Part shown: positions 28,698 through 37,162 of the stretch, piece by piece
How the letters are laid out: every line of letters starts with the position of its first letter
Numbering within the stretch: the stretch's first letter is position 1
Origin: Parcubacteria group bacterium
GTDB taxonomy: Bacteria > Patescibacteriota > Minisyncoccia > Moranbacterales > UBA2206
Assembly (NCBI GenBank): GCA_041659505.1
Contig: JBAZYF010000002.1
Coordinates: 51,966 to 115,965 of the forward strand
Length of the DNA stretch: 64,000 nt
Direction of reading: 5' to 3'
Position numbers and translations under genes: made by a program
Notes under the pieces: model-generated
What the model was told of the DNA's origin: nothing
Database searches by the model: none
The model's input: the letters and a program-made list of their open reading frames with translations, nothing else

Positions 28698-29666
28698 TTA
28701 GTCTTCTTTCTTGAGATTAATTCCAAAGTCTCCGATCGCTTTTTTAATTTCCTTGATACCTTTCGCTCCCATTCCTTCCAATTCTCCCACTTGCACTTCG
28801 GTCAATTTAACAATATCAGCAACAGTAGCGATATTAGCTTTTTCCAATACATTCAATGTTCTAGTAGAAAGATTCTTGAGTGCGGTCACTTCCGTTTTGG
28901 TCACATCTTCAGTGACAACTTCAGCCACTTCCGCCTCAATTGGAGCTTCGACGACTTCTTCTTCGATAACCTCCTCCACTTCTTTGATTGAAGTTAGAAC
29001 TGAGAATTGATCACCAAGAATCTTCACGGCTTGAGCGAAAGCGTCTTTGGGTGAGATACTCCCATCAGTCGCCACTTCAAGGATAATCTTTTCAAAATCA
29101 GTCCGCTTCCCGACGCGCATATTTTCAATCGTATAGTTCACGCGGCGGATCGGAGTATAGATTGCATCCAATGCAATCATGCCAACTTCTTTTTTATCTC
29201 TTTGTTGTTGGTCAACTGGTACATAGCCGATACCATTTTCTACTTCCATTTCCATATCAAATTCACCCTTAGCATTGGTGATCGTCGCAATTGGAGCGTC
29301 TTTTGTAATCACTTCCACATCCGTCGGACATTTGATCATTCCGGCAGTGATCACCTTTTCCCCTTTCACACTCAGCGTTACAGTTACCGGCTCATCTTTG
29401 TGTGATTTCAGGCGGACTTGTTTCAAATTAAGCACGATCTGGATCACATCTTCCAACACATTAGGGATCGTAGAAAATTCATGTTTCACGCCCTTGATCT
29501 TGACAGAAGTGATGGCAGAACCTGGCAATGAAGAAAGAAGCACGCGGCGCAGAGCATTACCTACGGTTGTTCCATAGCCCGGATAACAACCATCAATTTC
29601 AAACCTGCCAGTCTTTTCATCGACAGGAATATATTTAGGTTTTTGCGGTAACGTTATTGCTTGCAT
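28698..29666 (-). CDS. rpoA: DNA-directed RNA polymerase subunit alpha
   Basis: GNALRRVLLSSLPGSAIT N-terminal domain, acidic linker, C-terminal helix-hairpin-helix domain. Confidence 0.9.
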   Translation of the reverse strand: MQAITLPQKPKYIPVDEKTGRFEIDGCYPGYGTTVGNALRRVLLSSLPGSAITSVKIKGVKHEFSTIPNVLEDVIQIVLNLKQVRLKSHKDEPVTVTLSVKGEKVITAGMIKCPTDVEVITKDAPIATITNAKGEFDMEMEVENGIGYVPVDQQQRDKKEVGMIALDAIYTPIRRVNYTIENMRVGKRTDFEKIILEVATDGSISPKDAFAQAVKILGDQFSVLTSIKEVEEVIEEEVVEAPIEAEVAEVVTEDVTKTEVTALKNLSTRTLNVLEKANIATVADIVKLTEVQVGELEGMGAKGIKEIKKAIGDFGINLKKED

Positions 29667-29739
29667 TTGTTTGTAAAATTTAATAATTAGGGAAGATTTA
29701 ACGTTAGTTTCTTAGACTTAACGCTCTTCCAAATTTTAA

Positions 29740-30375
29740 TTATCGAGAGTAATATTCCACCACCACTTGAGCATCGACGCCTATTCCAATTTCTTCACGA
29801 GTTGGAAGGCTGATCACTTTTCCTTCAAGTTTAGCTGAGTCAAATGAGATCCAACTTGGAAAATCTTGTTTATTCTTAAGTGCTTGATCGATATTTTTGA
29901 AATAATTCTTCTGTTCCTTGCCAGCTTTGATACTGATCACCTGTCCGACTTTCACTTCATAGGAAGGGATAGAAACCTTGCGACCATTGATAGCGATCAG
30001 TCCATGATTGACCAATTGTCGCGATTGTGCGCGGGAAGCGCCAAAGCCCATCCGATAAACCACATTATCCAGCCGGGTTTCCAAGCGGATAAGCAGCAGG
30101 TCGCCTGTTACGCCTTTTTTGCCCTTAACATCACTGAAGTGTTTACGAAATTGTTTTTCCAAAACACCATAGATGCGCTTGATTTTTTGTTTGGCTGCGA
30201 GCTGGATACCGTATTCACTGCGGTTTCCCCGCGACATTTTTTTGCCGTGGACTCCAGGAATATAGGCGCGTTTAACCATTCCACATTTTGGACCGTTGCA
30301 ACGGTCACCTTTGAGGAATAATTTTTCCATCGCTCTGCGACATTTTCGACATTGTGCTTCAGTATCTCTAGCCAT
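29740..30375 (-). CDS. rpsD: 30S ribosomal protein S4
   Basis: MARDTEAQCRKCRR..GDRCNGPKC zinc-finger N-terminus and S4 domain. Confidence 0.9.
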   Translation of the reverse strand: MARDTEAQCRKCRRAMEKLFLKGDRCNGPKCGMVKRAYIPGVHGKKMSRGNRSEYGIQLAAKQKIKRIYGVLEKQFRKHFSDVKGKKGVTGDLLLIRLETRLDNVVYRMGFGASRAQSRQLVNHGLIAINGRKVSIPSYEVKVGQVISIKAGKEQKNYFKNIDQALKNKQDFPSWISFDSAKLEGKVISLPTREEIGIGVDAQVVVEYYSR

Positions 30376-30466
30376 ATGCTCTTTCTAAATAAATAATTTA
30401 ACGTATCTCTTTAATCTTTATTATAAATCTTGTCCGCCGTATCCGCCGGCTGGCGGAGCAGGAGGA

Positions 30467-30967
30467 TTAAACTCGACGCGGTTTCTTAGCGCGACAACCA
30501 TTGTGTGGAATTGGAGTCGTATCTTTGATCATTGTGATTTCAAAACCGTTGTTTGCGAGAGCGCGGATCGAAGCTTCTCGTCCAGAACCAACTCCCCGGA
30601 CAAAAACTTCCAATTCCTTCACTCCATATTTACGCACTTTTTCTGTCACATTCGCAACAACCTGAGTCGCAGCATATGGAGTGGCTTTTTTAGCACCCTT
30701 GAAACCCAAAAGTCCGGATGAGCACCAGCCCAAAACTCCGCCCGTACTGTCAGAAATATTGACCAGCGTATTGTTGTAGGAACATTTGACGGTTGCACGG
30801 CCTTTCTGCACTTGCCTTTTGGCCTTTTTAACTTTTTTGGCTTCCGGCTTAACTTCTTCGCCAGCTAGAGTGGAAAGAATCGCCTCATCAGAAATTTTCG
30901 CAACTGGAGCAGTCGCGTCTTTGGCCTTTTTTTGTTCTGTATCGTTCGTCATAATAATATAAATCAC
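30467..30967 (-). CDS. rpsK: 30S ribosomal protein S11 (N-terminal extension)
   Basis: GVLGWCSSGLLGFKGAKKATPYAA...GVGSGREASIRALANNGFEI S11 core. Confidence 0.9.
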   Translation of the reverse strand: MIYIIMTNDTEQKKAKDATAPVAKISDEAILSTLAGEEVKPEAKKVKKAKRQVQKGRATVKCSYNNTLVNISDSTGGVLGWCSSGLLGFKGAKKATPYAATQVVANVTEKVRKYGVKELEVFVRGVGSGREASIRALANNGFEITMIKDTTPIPHNGCRAKKPRRV

Positions 30968-31033
30968 TTTAGTTATACCCGCCTTCGTAATTTACCTACC
31001 CACAGAGATTGGATTTACATCTCTTAGTTTGTC

Positions 31034-31066
31034 CACTGGATTCCCGCCTTCGCGGGAATGACAACT
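31034..31066. repeat. solo copy of the MITE terminal hairpin (CTGGATTCCCGCCTTCGCGGGAATGACAAC) in the rpsM-rpsK intergenic region
   Basis: matches the 30-bp TIR of the MITE family; a degenerate partial (TACCCGCCTTCGTAATT) lies ~45 bp upstream. Confidence 0.6.
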
Positions 31067-31074
31067 TTTTATTT

Positions 31075-31461
31075 CTACGTCTTTTCGGTCTTAACACGGC
31101 CAGATCCCATCGTGCGTCGCACATTGCCACGGACGGTTCGGTTATTGGTTTTGGTTCTTTGTCCGCGGACAGGCAAACCTCTTTGGTGCCGCACGCCACG
31201 GTAGCATCCCACTTCTTTCAAGCGTTTTACGTTTTCGCGTACTTCCAATTTCAAATCACCTTCAATCTTGATCTTTTTCTCGACATAGCTTCGGATACTG
31301 TTCTGCTCTTCTTCAGTCAAATCTTTTGTGCGCTTGTTCTTGTCGATTTTAAGCTCAGCCAAAACATCTCCGGCAGTATTCTTACCAACTCCGTAGATAT
31401 AGGTGAGGGAAATCTCGATTCTTTTATTGTCAGGCACGTTTACTCCAGCGATTCTTAACAT
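31075..31461 (-). CDS. rpsM: 30S ribosomal protein S13
   Basis: [27 protein letters not shown]13 N-terminus. Confidence 0.9.
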   Translation of the reverse strand: MLRIAGVNVPDNKRIEISLTYIYGVGKNTAGDVLAELKIDKNKRTKDLTEEEQNSIRSYVEKKIKIEGDLKLEVRENVKRLKEVGCYRGVRHQRGLPVRGQRTKTNNRTVRGNVRRTMGSGRVKTEKT

Positions 31462-31494
31462 ATGATGATTTATGAGAATTGATTAAAAGTTTGC

Positions 31495-31608
31495 TTAACC
31501 CTGGCGTTGTTTATGCTTGGGATTAGAACAAATCACAAAAAGCACGCCTTTTCTTTTGACGGTCTTGCACTTATCACAAATTTTTCTCACAGATGCTTTG
31601 ACTTTCAT
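31495..31608 (-). CDS. rpmJ: 50S ribosomal protein L36 (not in ORF track; found by hand translation)
   Basis: minus strand translates to [37 protein letters not shown], a zinc-ribbon L36; infA-rpmJ-rpsM synteny. Confidence 0.85.
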   Translation of the reverse strand: MKVKASVRKICDKCKTVKRKGVLFVICSNPKHKQRQG

Positions 31609-31690
31609 AGTTTGTATTATTAATCCTAAAATAAACTCTTACTCTCTTTAGCTAGTAAAACCTTTAAAATTTTCACCAGCGAGCTCGTCA

Positions 31691-31726
31691 CGCCGTAGTT
31701 CTGAGTACCCTCAGAACGAAGGAGGA
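31691..31726 (-). promoter_or_regulatory. conserved intergenic hairpin plus anti-SD-like motif between infA and rpmJ (copy 2 of 2)
   Basis: mRNA-strand CTCCTCCTTCG-GTTCTGAGGGTACTCAGAAC-TACGGCG; 31/36 identical to the copy at 24361-24396. Confidence 0.5.
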
Positions 31727-31740
31727 GTATTTTCAAATTT

Positions 31741-31962
31741 TTATTTAAGCCGTTGAACGACTCGACCTTTAGTCAGATCATAGGGACTCATTTCGACTAG
31801 CACGCGATCGCCTGGGATAAGTCGGATATAGTTCACGCGCATCTTGCCTGAGATATAGGCCAGAATTTCATGATTATTAGGCAGCTTAACTTTGAAAGTC
31901 GCGCTGGGCAAAAGCTCAACGACCACACCTTCTAATTTTACTACTTCTTTGTCTTGTGCCAT
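31741..31962 (-). CDS. infA: translation initiation factor IF-1
   Basis: 73 aa S1-like OB fold, [27 protein letters not shown]. Confidence 0.9.
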   Translation of the reverse strand: MAQDKEVVKLEGVVVELLPSATFKVKLPNNHEILAYISGKMRVNYIRLIPGDRVLVEMSPYDLTKGRVVQRLK

Positions 31963-32141
31963 AAGATATTGTTGGACATAAAACTAAGCATAAAAAAATA
32001 GACGGAATTTCTCAAAGCGTCAAAACCAAAAGCATTTTAGCTTTTAGTGATTACCCTTCGAGAAAAAGAGATGGTCCAAGTTCTTGCAGTCTAGATTTCC
32101 CTCTATTTGGACTAATATTTAGTTTTGTAATGTCTTTAACT

Positions 32142-32170
32142 ATATTAGCGACTTTTCATTTGCTTGTCAA
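32142..32170 (-). promoter_or_regulatory. sigma70-type promoter (TTGACA-17 nt-TAATAT) for infA-rpmJ-rpsM-rpsK-rpsD-rpoA-rplQ
   Basis: minus strand TTGACAagcaaatgaaaagtcgcTAATAT, consensus -35 with a 17-nt spacer, ~180 nt upstream of infA. Confidence 0.55.
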
Positions 32171-32443
32171 TAGCCAAGCATATTTGACGATTTTACCGTA
32201 AAGCATTATACTAAAGACACAAAAATCCGATGAAGCGTTGACGTGGACTCACCAACCACCGAGTTTCTGCCAAAAGCTGGCAAAACAGCTTAACTAAAGT
32301 GTCCCGCCTTGGGCGGGGAAATTGAGTGGAACCGCGGAGATTACTTTTAGAAATAAAAGCAACCCGTCTCAAGCATCTGTTTTTAAGTTTAGAAAGGCCA
32401 TGATAGGCTTTTCTGAAAACAGACTTTGAGACGGGTTTTTTGT

Positions 32444-32680
32444 TTAACAATGGAGATAGGGCGCGGGTGGTAAGTTATCCTCACCACACTTTATGCAAAC
32501 ACCCTTCAGGACGATCCGAATTGGTTCCCCAGAATCACCCATCTGAACCACGTGGAAAGTTTCATAGGCACCTCCGCGAGACTCTACTTCACCACAACGC
32601 GGACACATCCATTCAACGCCAGAGGGTAATTCCATTTCTCCCCCTTTAAAAAGAATCCCAACTGGAATTATCGTCGCCAT
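32444..32680 (-). CDS. hypothetical zinc-ribbon protein (2 x CxxC)
   Basis: 78 aa with CPRCGE and CIKCGE pairs; followed by an ~85-nt two-tier hairpin. Confidence 0.4.
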   Translation of the reverse strand: MATIIPVGILFKGGEMELPSGVEWMCPRCGEVESRGGAYETFHVVQMGDSGEPIRIVLKGVCIKCGEDNLPPAPYLHC

Positions 32681-32774
32681 ACTAACACCTCCCTCTTTTA
32701 TTGATAAACAGATTATTTTTTCAAAAAAACTAAGTCAGTACAAGAATAATTATTAATAACACTAAACAAATCAT

Positions 32775-34520
32775 ATGTCAACCGAACAAAAGAACGAAAA
32801 AATAGAAATATTGCGCCACTCGACTTCCCATGTCTTGGCGGCGGCGGTTTTGGAAATGTTTCCTGAGGCAAAATTTGCCATCGGTCCAGCCATCGAAAAT
32901 GGATTTTACTATGATTTCGATCTGCCAAGAACTCTTATTCCCGAAGATTTAGAAATTCTAGAAGAAAAGATGCGCGCCATCATCAAGGCCAATCATCCAT
33001 TTGAGCGAGCAGAAATTTCGATTGCGGAGGCAAGAGCGGATTTTGAAAAATTGGGGCAATTCTATAAAGTCGAATTGATCAATGACTTAGCCAAAGCGGG
33101 CAATGAAAATGTTTCGGTCTATAAGTCCGGCCCTTTCGTTGATCTTTGCTCGGGACCACACTTAGATTCCACCGGCGAAATTCCGGCCGACGGATTTAAA
33201 CTAACAAAAATTTCCGGCGCCTATTGGCGCGGGGATGAGAAAAATAAACAACTGCAACGGATATATGGCGTCGCCTTTTCCAATAAATCTGAATTGAAAG
33301 ATTATCTGCATATGATTGAAGAAGCGGAAAAAAGAAATCACGTCAAGCTCGGCAAAGAGTTAAGACTGTTTTCCACACATCCAGAAGGACCAGGTTTTCC
33401 ATTTATCCATCCCAAGGGCATGTTGATTTGGAATGAATTGATCGGATATTGGAAGGAAGAGCACACAAAAGAAGGTTACCAGGAGATAAGCACTCCAATC
33501 ATCTTGAACAAGGCTCTGTGGGAAAAAAGCGGACATTGGGATCACTACAAAGATAATATGTATTTTACCAAAATTGATGATGCTGATTATGCAGTAAAAC
33601 CGATGAACTGCCCGGGAGGAATTTTGGTCTATAAATCCGACCTGCACAGCTACAAAGAATTTCCCCTCAAACTGGCAGAAATCGGGCTGGTCCATCGCCA
33701 TGAACTTTCCGGAACTTTGAACGGCCTTTTCCGTGTGAGAATGTTTCGTCAGGATGACGCGCACATCTATTGTATGGAAAATCAGATCAAGGACGAGATT
33801 AAAAAGTTGATCGGCCTCATCGATAGGATCTATGGAACCTTTGGCCTTTCTTATCACATGGAACTCTCCACCCGTCCGGAAAACTCGACTGGCACCGATG
33901 AGATGTGGAAAACAGCGGAAAATTCCCTGAAAGAAGCGCTGGCGGAGATAAAAGCAGATTATAAATTAAATCCTGGCGATGGTGCTTTCTATGGACCAAA
34001 AATTGATTTTCACATCAAAGATGCCATCGGTCGCACCTGGCAATGCGGAACGATCCAGCTGGATTTTTCCATGCCGGAAAGATTCGAACTGACCTACATC
34101 GGAGAAGATGGAAAAGAACACCGTCCAGTCATGCTTCATCGAGTCATCTATGGCGCAGTCGAACGTTTTATGGGCATCCTCATCGAACACTATGCCGGCG
34201 CGTTCCCAACTTGGCTCTCTCCCGTCCAAGTTATGATCATCCCGATCTCTGAAAAATTCAATGACTATGCTAAATCTATCGGGACGCAATTCATTGCATC
34301 TAATGTCCGCGCCTCCATCGACGATTCTAACGAATCCCTCGGCAAACGCATCCGCCTGGCGGAAAAACAAAAAATCCCCTACATCTTGGTTGTAGGAGAA
34401 AAAGAAATGACCGACGGATCGGTTGCAGTTCGCAAACGTGGAGAAGAAAAGAAGCAGGAGATTTTGAAGGTTGACGAGTTTTTGGAGAATGTGAAAAAGG
34501 AAATTGAAGAAAAGAAATAA
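32775..34520 (+). CDS. thrS: threonine--tRNA ligase (lacks N-terminal TGS domain)
   Basis: second-site editing domain His motif (HSTSH), class II motifs (HRHELSGTLNGLFRVRMFRQDDAHIY), C-terminal anticodon-binding domain. Confidence 0.9.
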   Translation: MSTEQKNEKIEILRHSTSHVLAAAVLEMFPEAKFAIGPAIENGFYYDFDLPRTLIPEDLEILEEKMRAIIKANHPFERAEISIAEARADFEKLGQFYKVELINDLAKAGNENVSVYKSGPFVDLCSGPHLDSTGEIPADGFKLTKISGAYWRGDEKNKQLQRIYGVAFSNKSELKDYLHMIEEAEKRNHVKLGKELRLFSTHPEGPGFPFIHPKGMLIWNELIGYWKEEHTKEGYQEISTPIILNKALWEKSGHWDHYKDNMYFTKIDDADYAVKPMNCPGGILVYKSDLHSYKEFPLKLAEIGLVHRHELSGTLNGLFRVRMFRQDDAHIYCMENQIKDEIKKLIGLIDRIYGTFGLSYHMELSTRPENSTGTDEMWKTAENSLKEALAEIKADYKLNPGDGAFYGPKIDFHIKDAIGRTWQCGTIQLDFSMPERFELTYIGEDGKEHRPVMLHRVIYGAVERFMGILIEHYAGAFPTWLSPVQVMIIPISEKFNDYAKSIGTQFIASNVRASIDDSNESLGKRIRLAEKQKIPYILVVGEKEMTDGSVAVRKRGEEKKQEILKVDEFLENVKKEIEEKK

Positions 34521-35986
34521 TGCCACCAAAAACCTATTTTATCAAAACCTTCGGCTGTCAAATGAACATCTCGGATTCTGAAAGAATCGCCGGCCTCTTG
34601 GAAAGACCTCACCCCAACCCTCTCCTTAGTAAGGAGAGGGGGCTTAAATTAGCAAAAAATATTAACGAGGCAGATTTAGTTATTTTCAACACCTGCGGAA
34701 TCCGCCAAGCCGCGGAAAATAGAGCCTACAGCATTATTCATACCTTACGAAAATCACGACCAAAAATAAAAATTATTCTCACTGGCTGTCTCGCCAATCG
34801 CAAGGATGTTCAGGAAAGATTAAAAGATAAGGTTGATTTGTTTTGTGAAATTAAAGATTTTATAAAATTGGAAAATTGGATCATTAGAAATTGTTTAGAA
34901 ACCTTGCCTACCGGCAGGCAGGTTAGAAATTCGAAATTAGAAATTTTAGCACAAAAAGATGCTCTTCAGCGCGATAAAAATATAAACTATCTTTCCACTC
35001 TACCCAAGCATACCAACAAGCACCAAGCGCTTGTGCCGGTAATGACCGGCTGTAACAATTTCTGCTCCTATTGCGTCGTGCCATATGCTCGAGGACGAGA
35101 AGTTTCAAGGCCAGCTGAAGAAATAATCAACGAGATAAAAACTCTCATCAAAAACGGTTGCAGAGAAATAACGCTTTTGGGGCAGAATGTTAACTCATAC
35201 AATTACTCATCGCGCTCTAAATCCGAAGCCCTAGAAGCTAATGTGGTTTCTACACTAGATTCCCGCCTGCGCAGGAATGACAATAATACAATAACCTTTC
35301 CTAAACTGCTTCGAAAAATCGAAAAAATCCCCGGGCATTTTTGGATCCGGTTTATGTCGTCGCATCCGAAAGATTTTTCTGATGAACTCATTGAGACGAT
35401 TGCTAAATCAAAAAAGGTTTGCGAACACATTCATCTGCCGATCCAAGCTGGATCAGATAAGATTCTTGCTGCCATGAACCGCAAATATACCGCCCAACAC
35501 TATTTAGGTTTAATCAAAAAAATTCGCACTGCTTTCAAAAAGTTCAAACCCGATGCGCCCTATTCCATCACGTCAGATATTATTGTCGGTTTTCCTGGCG
35601 AAACCAAAAAAGATTTTCTCGAAACGGCAAGGATTATGGAAAAGGTAAAATACGACTTGGTCTATTTCGGCCAATTCTCTCCCCGCCCCGGCACAGTCGC
35701 TTGGAAATTGAAAGATAGTGTTTCAAAACAAGAAAAATCCCGCCGTGAAAAATATTTGAATGAAATTTTGGCTCGTACGACTTTTGCCAAGAATAAAAAA
35801 TATGTCGGTAAAATTTTGGAAGTTTTGGTAGACTCAGAAAAAAATGGATTTTATTTCGGACGCACTCGTTCAGGAAAAGATGTCAAAATAATCACCGACC
35901 AAAAAAACCTAACTGAGAAATTTGTAAAAGTTAAGATCACTAAGGCTAATATATGGAATCTAGAAGCTCGTTTGCTGGAAAAGTAG
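34520..35986 (+). CDS. miaB: tRNA methylthiotransferase MiaB with three in-frame palindromic-repeat insertions
   Basis: MTTase N-domain FGCQMN..DSE..NTCGIR, radical-SAM CNNFCSYC, C-terminal TRAM; inserts at 34618-34640, 34903-34922, 35256-35285. Confidence 0.8.
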   Translation: MPPKTYFIKTFGCQMNISDSERIAGLLERPHPNPLLSKERGLKLAKNINEADLVIFNTCGIRQAAENRAYSIIHTLRKSRPKIKIILTGCLANRKDVQERLKDKVDLFCEIKDFIKLENWIIRNCLETLPTGRQVRNSKLEILAQKDALQRDKNINYLSTLPKHTNKHQALVPVMTGCNNFCSYCVVPYARGREVSRPAEEIINEIKTLIKNGCREITLLGQNVNSYNYSSRSKSEALEANVVSTLDSRLRRNDNNTITFPKLLRKIEKIPGHFWIRFMSSHPKDFSDELIETIAKSKKVCEHIHLPIQAGSDKILAAMNRKYTAQHYLGLIKKIRTAFKKFKPDAPYSITSDIIVGFPGETKKDFLETARIMEKVKYDLVYFGQFSPRPGTVAWKLKDSVSKQEKSRREKYLNEILARTTFAKNKKYVGKILEVLVDSEKNGFYFGRTRSGKDVKIITDQKNLTEKFVKVKITKANIWNLEARLLEK

Positions 35987-37008
35987 GAAATAATAAAATA
36001 ATTGTCATTCTTGGCCCCACCTCCTCCGGAAAATCTTCCGTTGCGATTAAACTCGCCCAGAAATTTAATGGGGAAATCATTTCGGTAGACAGCCGACAGA
36101 TTTATCGTGGGATGGATATTGGAACGGGAAAAGTCACAAAAGCGGAGCAAGCACTCGCCAAGCATCATATGCTCGACGTTGTTGGTCCAAAAACTAATTT
36201 CAGCGCAGCGCAGTTCAAAAAATATGCAGAAAAAATAATTGCCGATATTTTGAAACGCGGAAAAGTTCCCATCCTCTGTGGCGGCACCGGTTTTTGGATC
36301 AAAGCTTTGGTCGATGATGTGATTTATCCTGAAGTAAAACCGGACTGGAAACTGCGAGAAGAATTAGGTAAAAAATCTGCAGAGCAACTTTTTGTGATGC
36401 TCAAAAAACTCGATCCGGTTCGCGCGAGAAATATTGATGCTAAAAATCCTGTCCGCCTAATCCGAGCGATTGAAATCTGCAAGACATTAGGCAAGGTACC
36501 ATTACCGATACGAAACAACGAAACAAATGCGAATCTGCGAACTAATTCACAAATTCGCAATTTCGTAGATTCGGATAAATTCGCCTGCCTGCCGGTAGGC
36601 AAGGCAGATTCGCATCGGTTTCATGATTTCCTGCAAATCGGAATTTCCTTGCCCAAGAAAAAACTGCACAAAAACATTGAAAAAAGACTGAAGCAAAGAT
36701 TCGGGGAAGGGATGATTGAAGAAGTGGAAAGATTGCACAGTGAGCAAAAAATCAGCTGGAAAAAAATGGAAAGTTTCGGCCTGGGTTATCTTTGGATTGC
36801 CAAATTCTTACAAAAACAACTCCCGAAAGAGGAGCTGTTTTCCAAAGTCTATTTTTCTGAAAAAGATTATGCTAAGCGCCAGATGACGTGGTTCGGGAAA
36901 GATGAGAGAATTATTTGGCTTGAGAAGTATAGTGAGATTGAAAAAAAAGTAGAAAAGTTTATACGTGTCATTCCCGCAAAGGCGGGAATCCAGGCACCTC
37001 AGGCTTAA
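35953..37008 (+). CDS. miaA: tRNA dimethylallyltransferase MiaA; in-frame palindrome insert; MITE-encoded C-terminus and stop
   Basis: P-loop GPTSSGKSS, ISVDSRQIYRGMDIGTGK; last 14 codons (RVIPAKAGIQAPQA) and stop lie inside the MITE left TIR. Confidence 0.8.
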   Translation: MESRSSFAGKVGNNKIIVILGPTSSGKSSVAIKLAQKFNGEIISVDSRQIYRGMDIGTGKVTKAEQALAKHHMLDVVGPKTNFSAAQFKKYAEKIIADILKRGKVPILCGGTGFWIKALVDDVIYPEVKPDWKLREELGKKSAEQLFVMLKKLDPVRARNIDAKNPVRLIRAIEICKTLGKVPLPIRNNETNANLRTNSQIRNFVDSDKFACLPVGKADSHRFHDFLQIGISLPKKKLHKNIEKRLKQRFGEGMIEEVERLHSEQKISWKKMESFGLGYLWIAKFLQKQLPKEELFSKVYFSEKDYAKRQMTWFGKDERIIWLEKYSEIEKKVEKFIRVIPAKAGIQAPQA

Positions 37009-37134
37009 TATAGGGAAAAACCAACTATTAAAATTCGAGACTTACTAAAATATAGAATTGATTGCACTTGTAATTCGAATTTCTAGATTCTATTACTGAA
37101 GGAACCTGGATTCCCGCCTTCGCGGGAATGACAC
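36965..37134. mobile_element. MITE-like palindromic element copy 2 (inverted relative to copy 1)
   Basis: TIRs GTGTCATTCCCGCAAAGGCGGGAATCCAGG / CCTGGATTCCCGCCTTCGCGGGAATGACAC; internal region ~80% identical to the reverse complement of copy 1. Confidence 0.7.
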
Positions 37135-37162
37135 AGCGACAAAACAACATCAAATTTCTCGC

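Noticed and set aside
31009-31458. 149-aa plus-strand ORF antisense to rpsM; similar antisense ORFs at 44579..44917, 28711..29010 and 52127..52705
   Set aside because: They fully overlap well-supported genes on the other strand. The recurring peptides (DSRLRGNDN, VIPAKAGIQAP) are just translations of the palindromic repeats. They are spurious ORF-track calls.
32171-32443. SRP RNA, RNase P RNA or tmRNA in the structured region upstream of infA
   Set aside because: None of the hallmark conserved motifs could be found by eye (GGAAGCAGCC domain-IV core, RNase P P4 sequences, tmRNA tRNA-like ends). It is reported only as an unclassified structured region.
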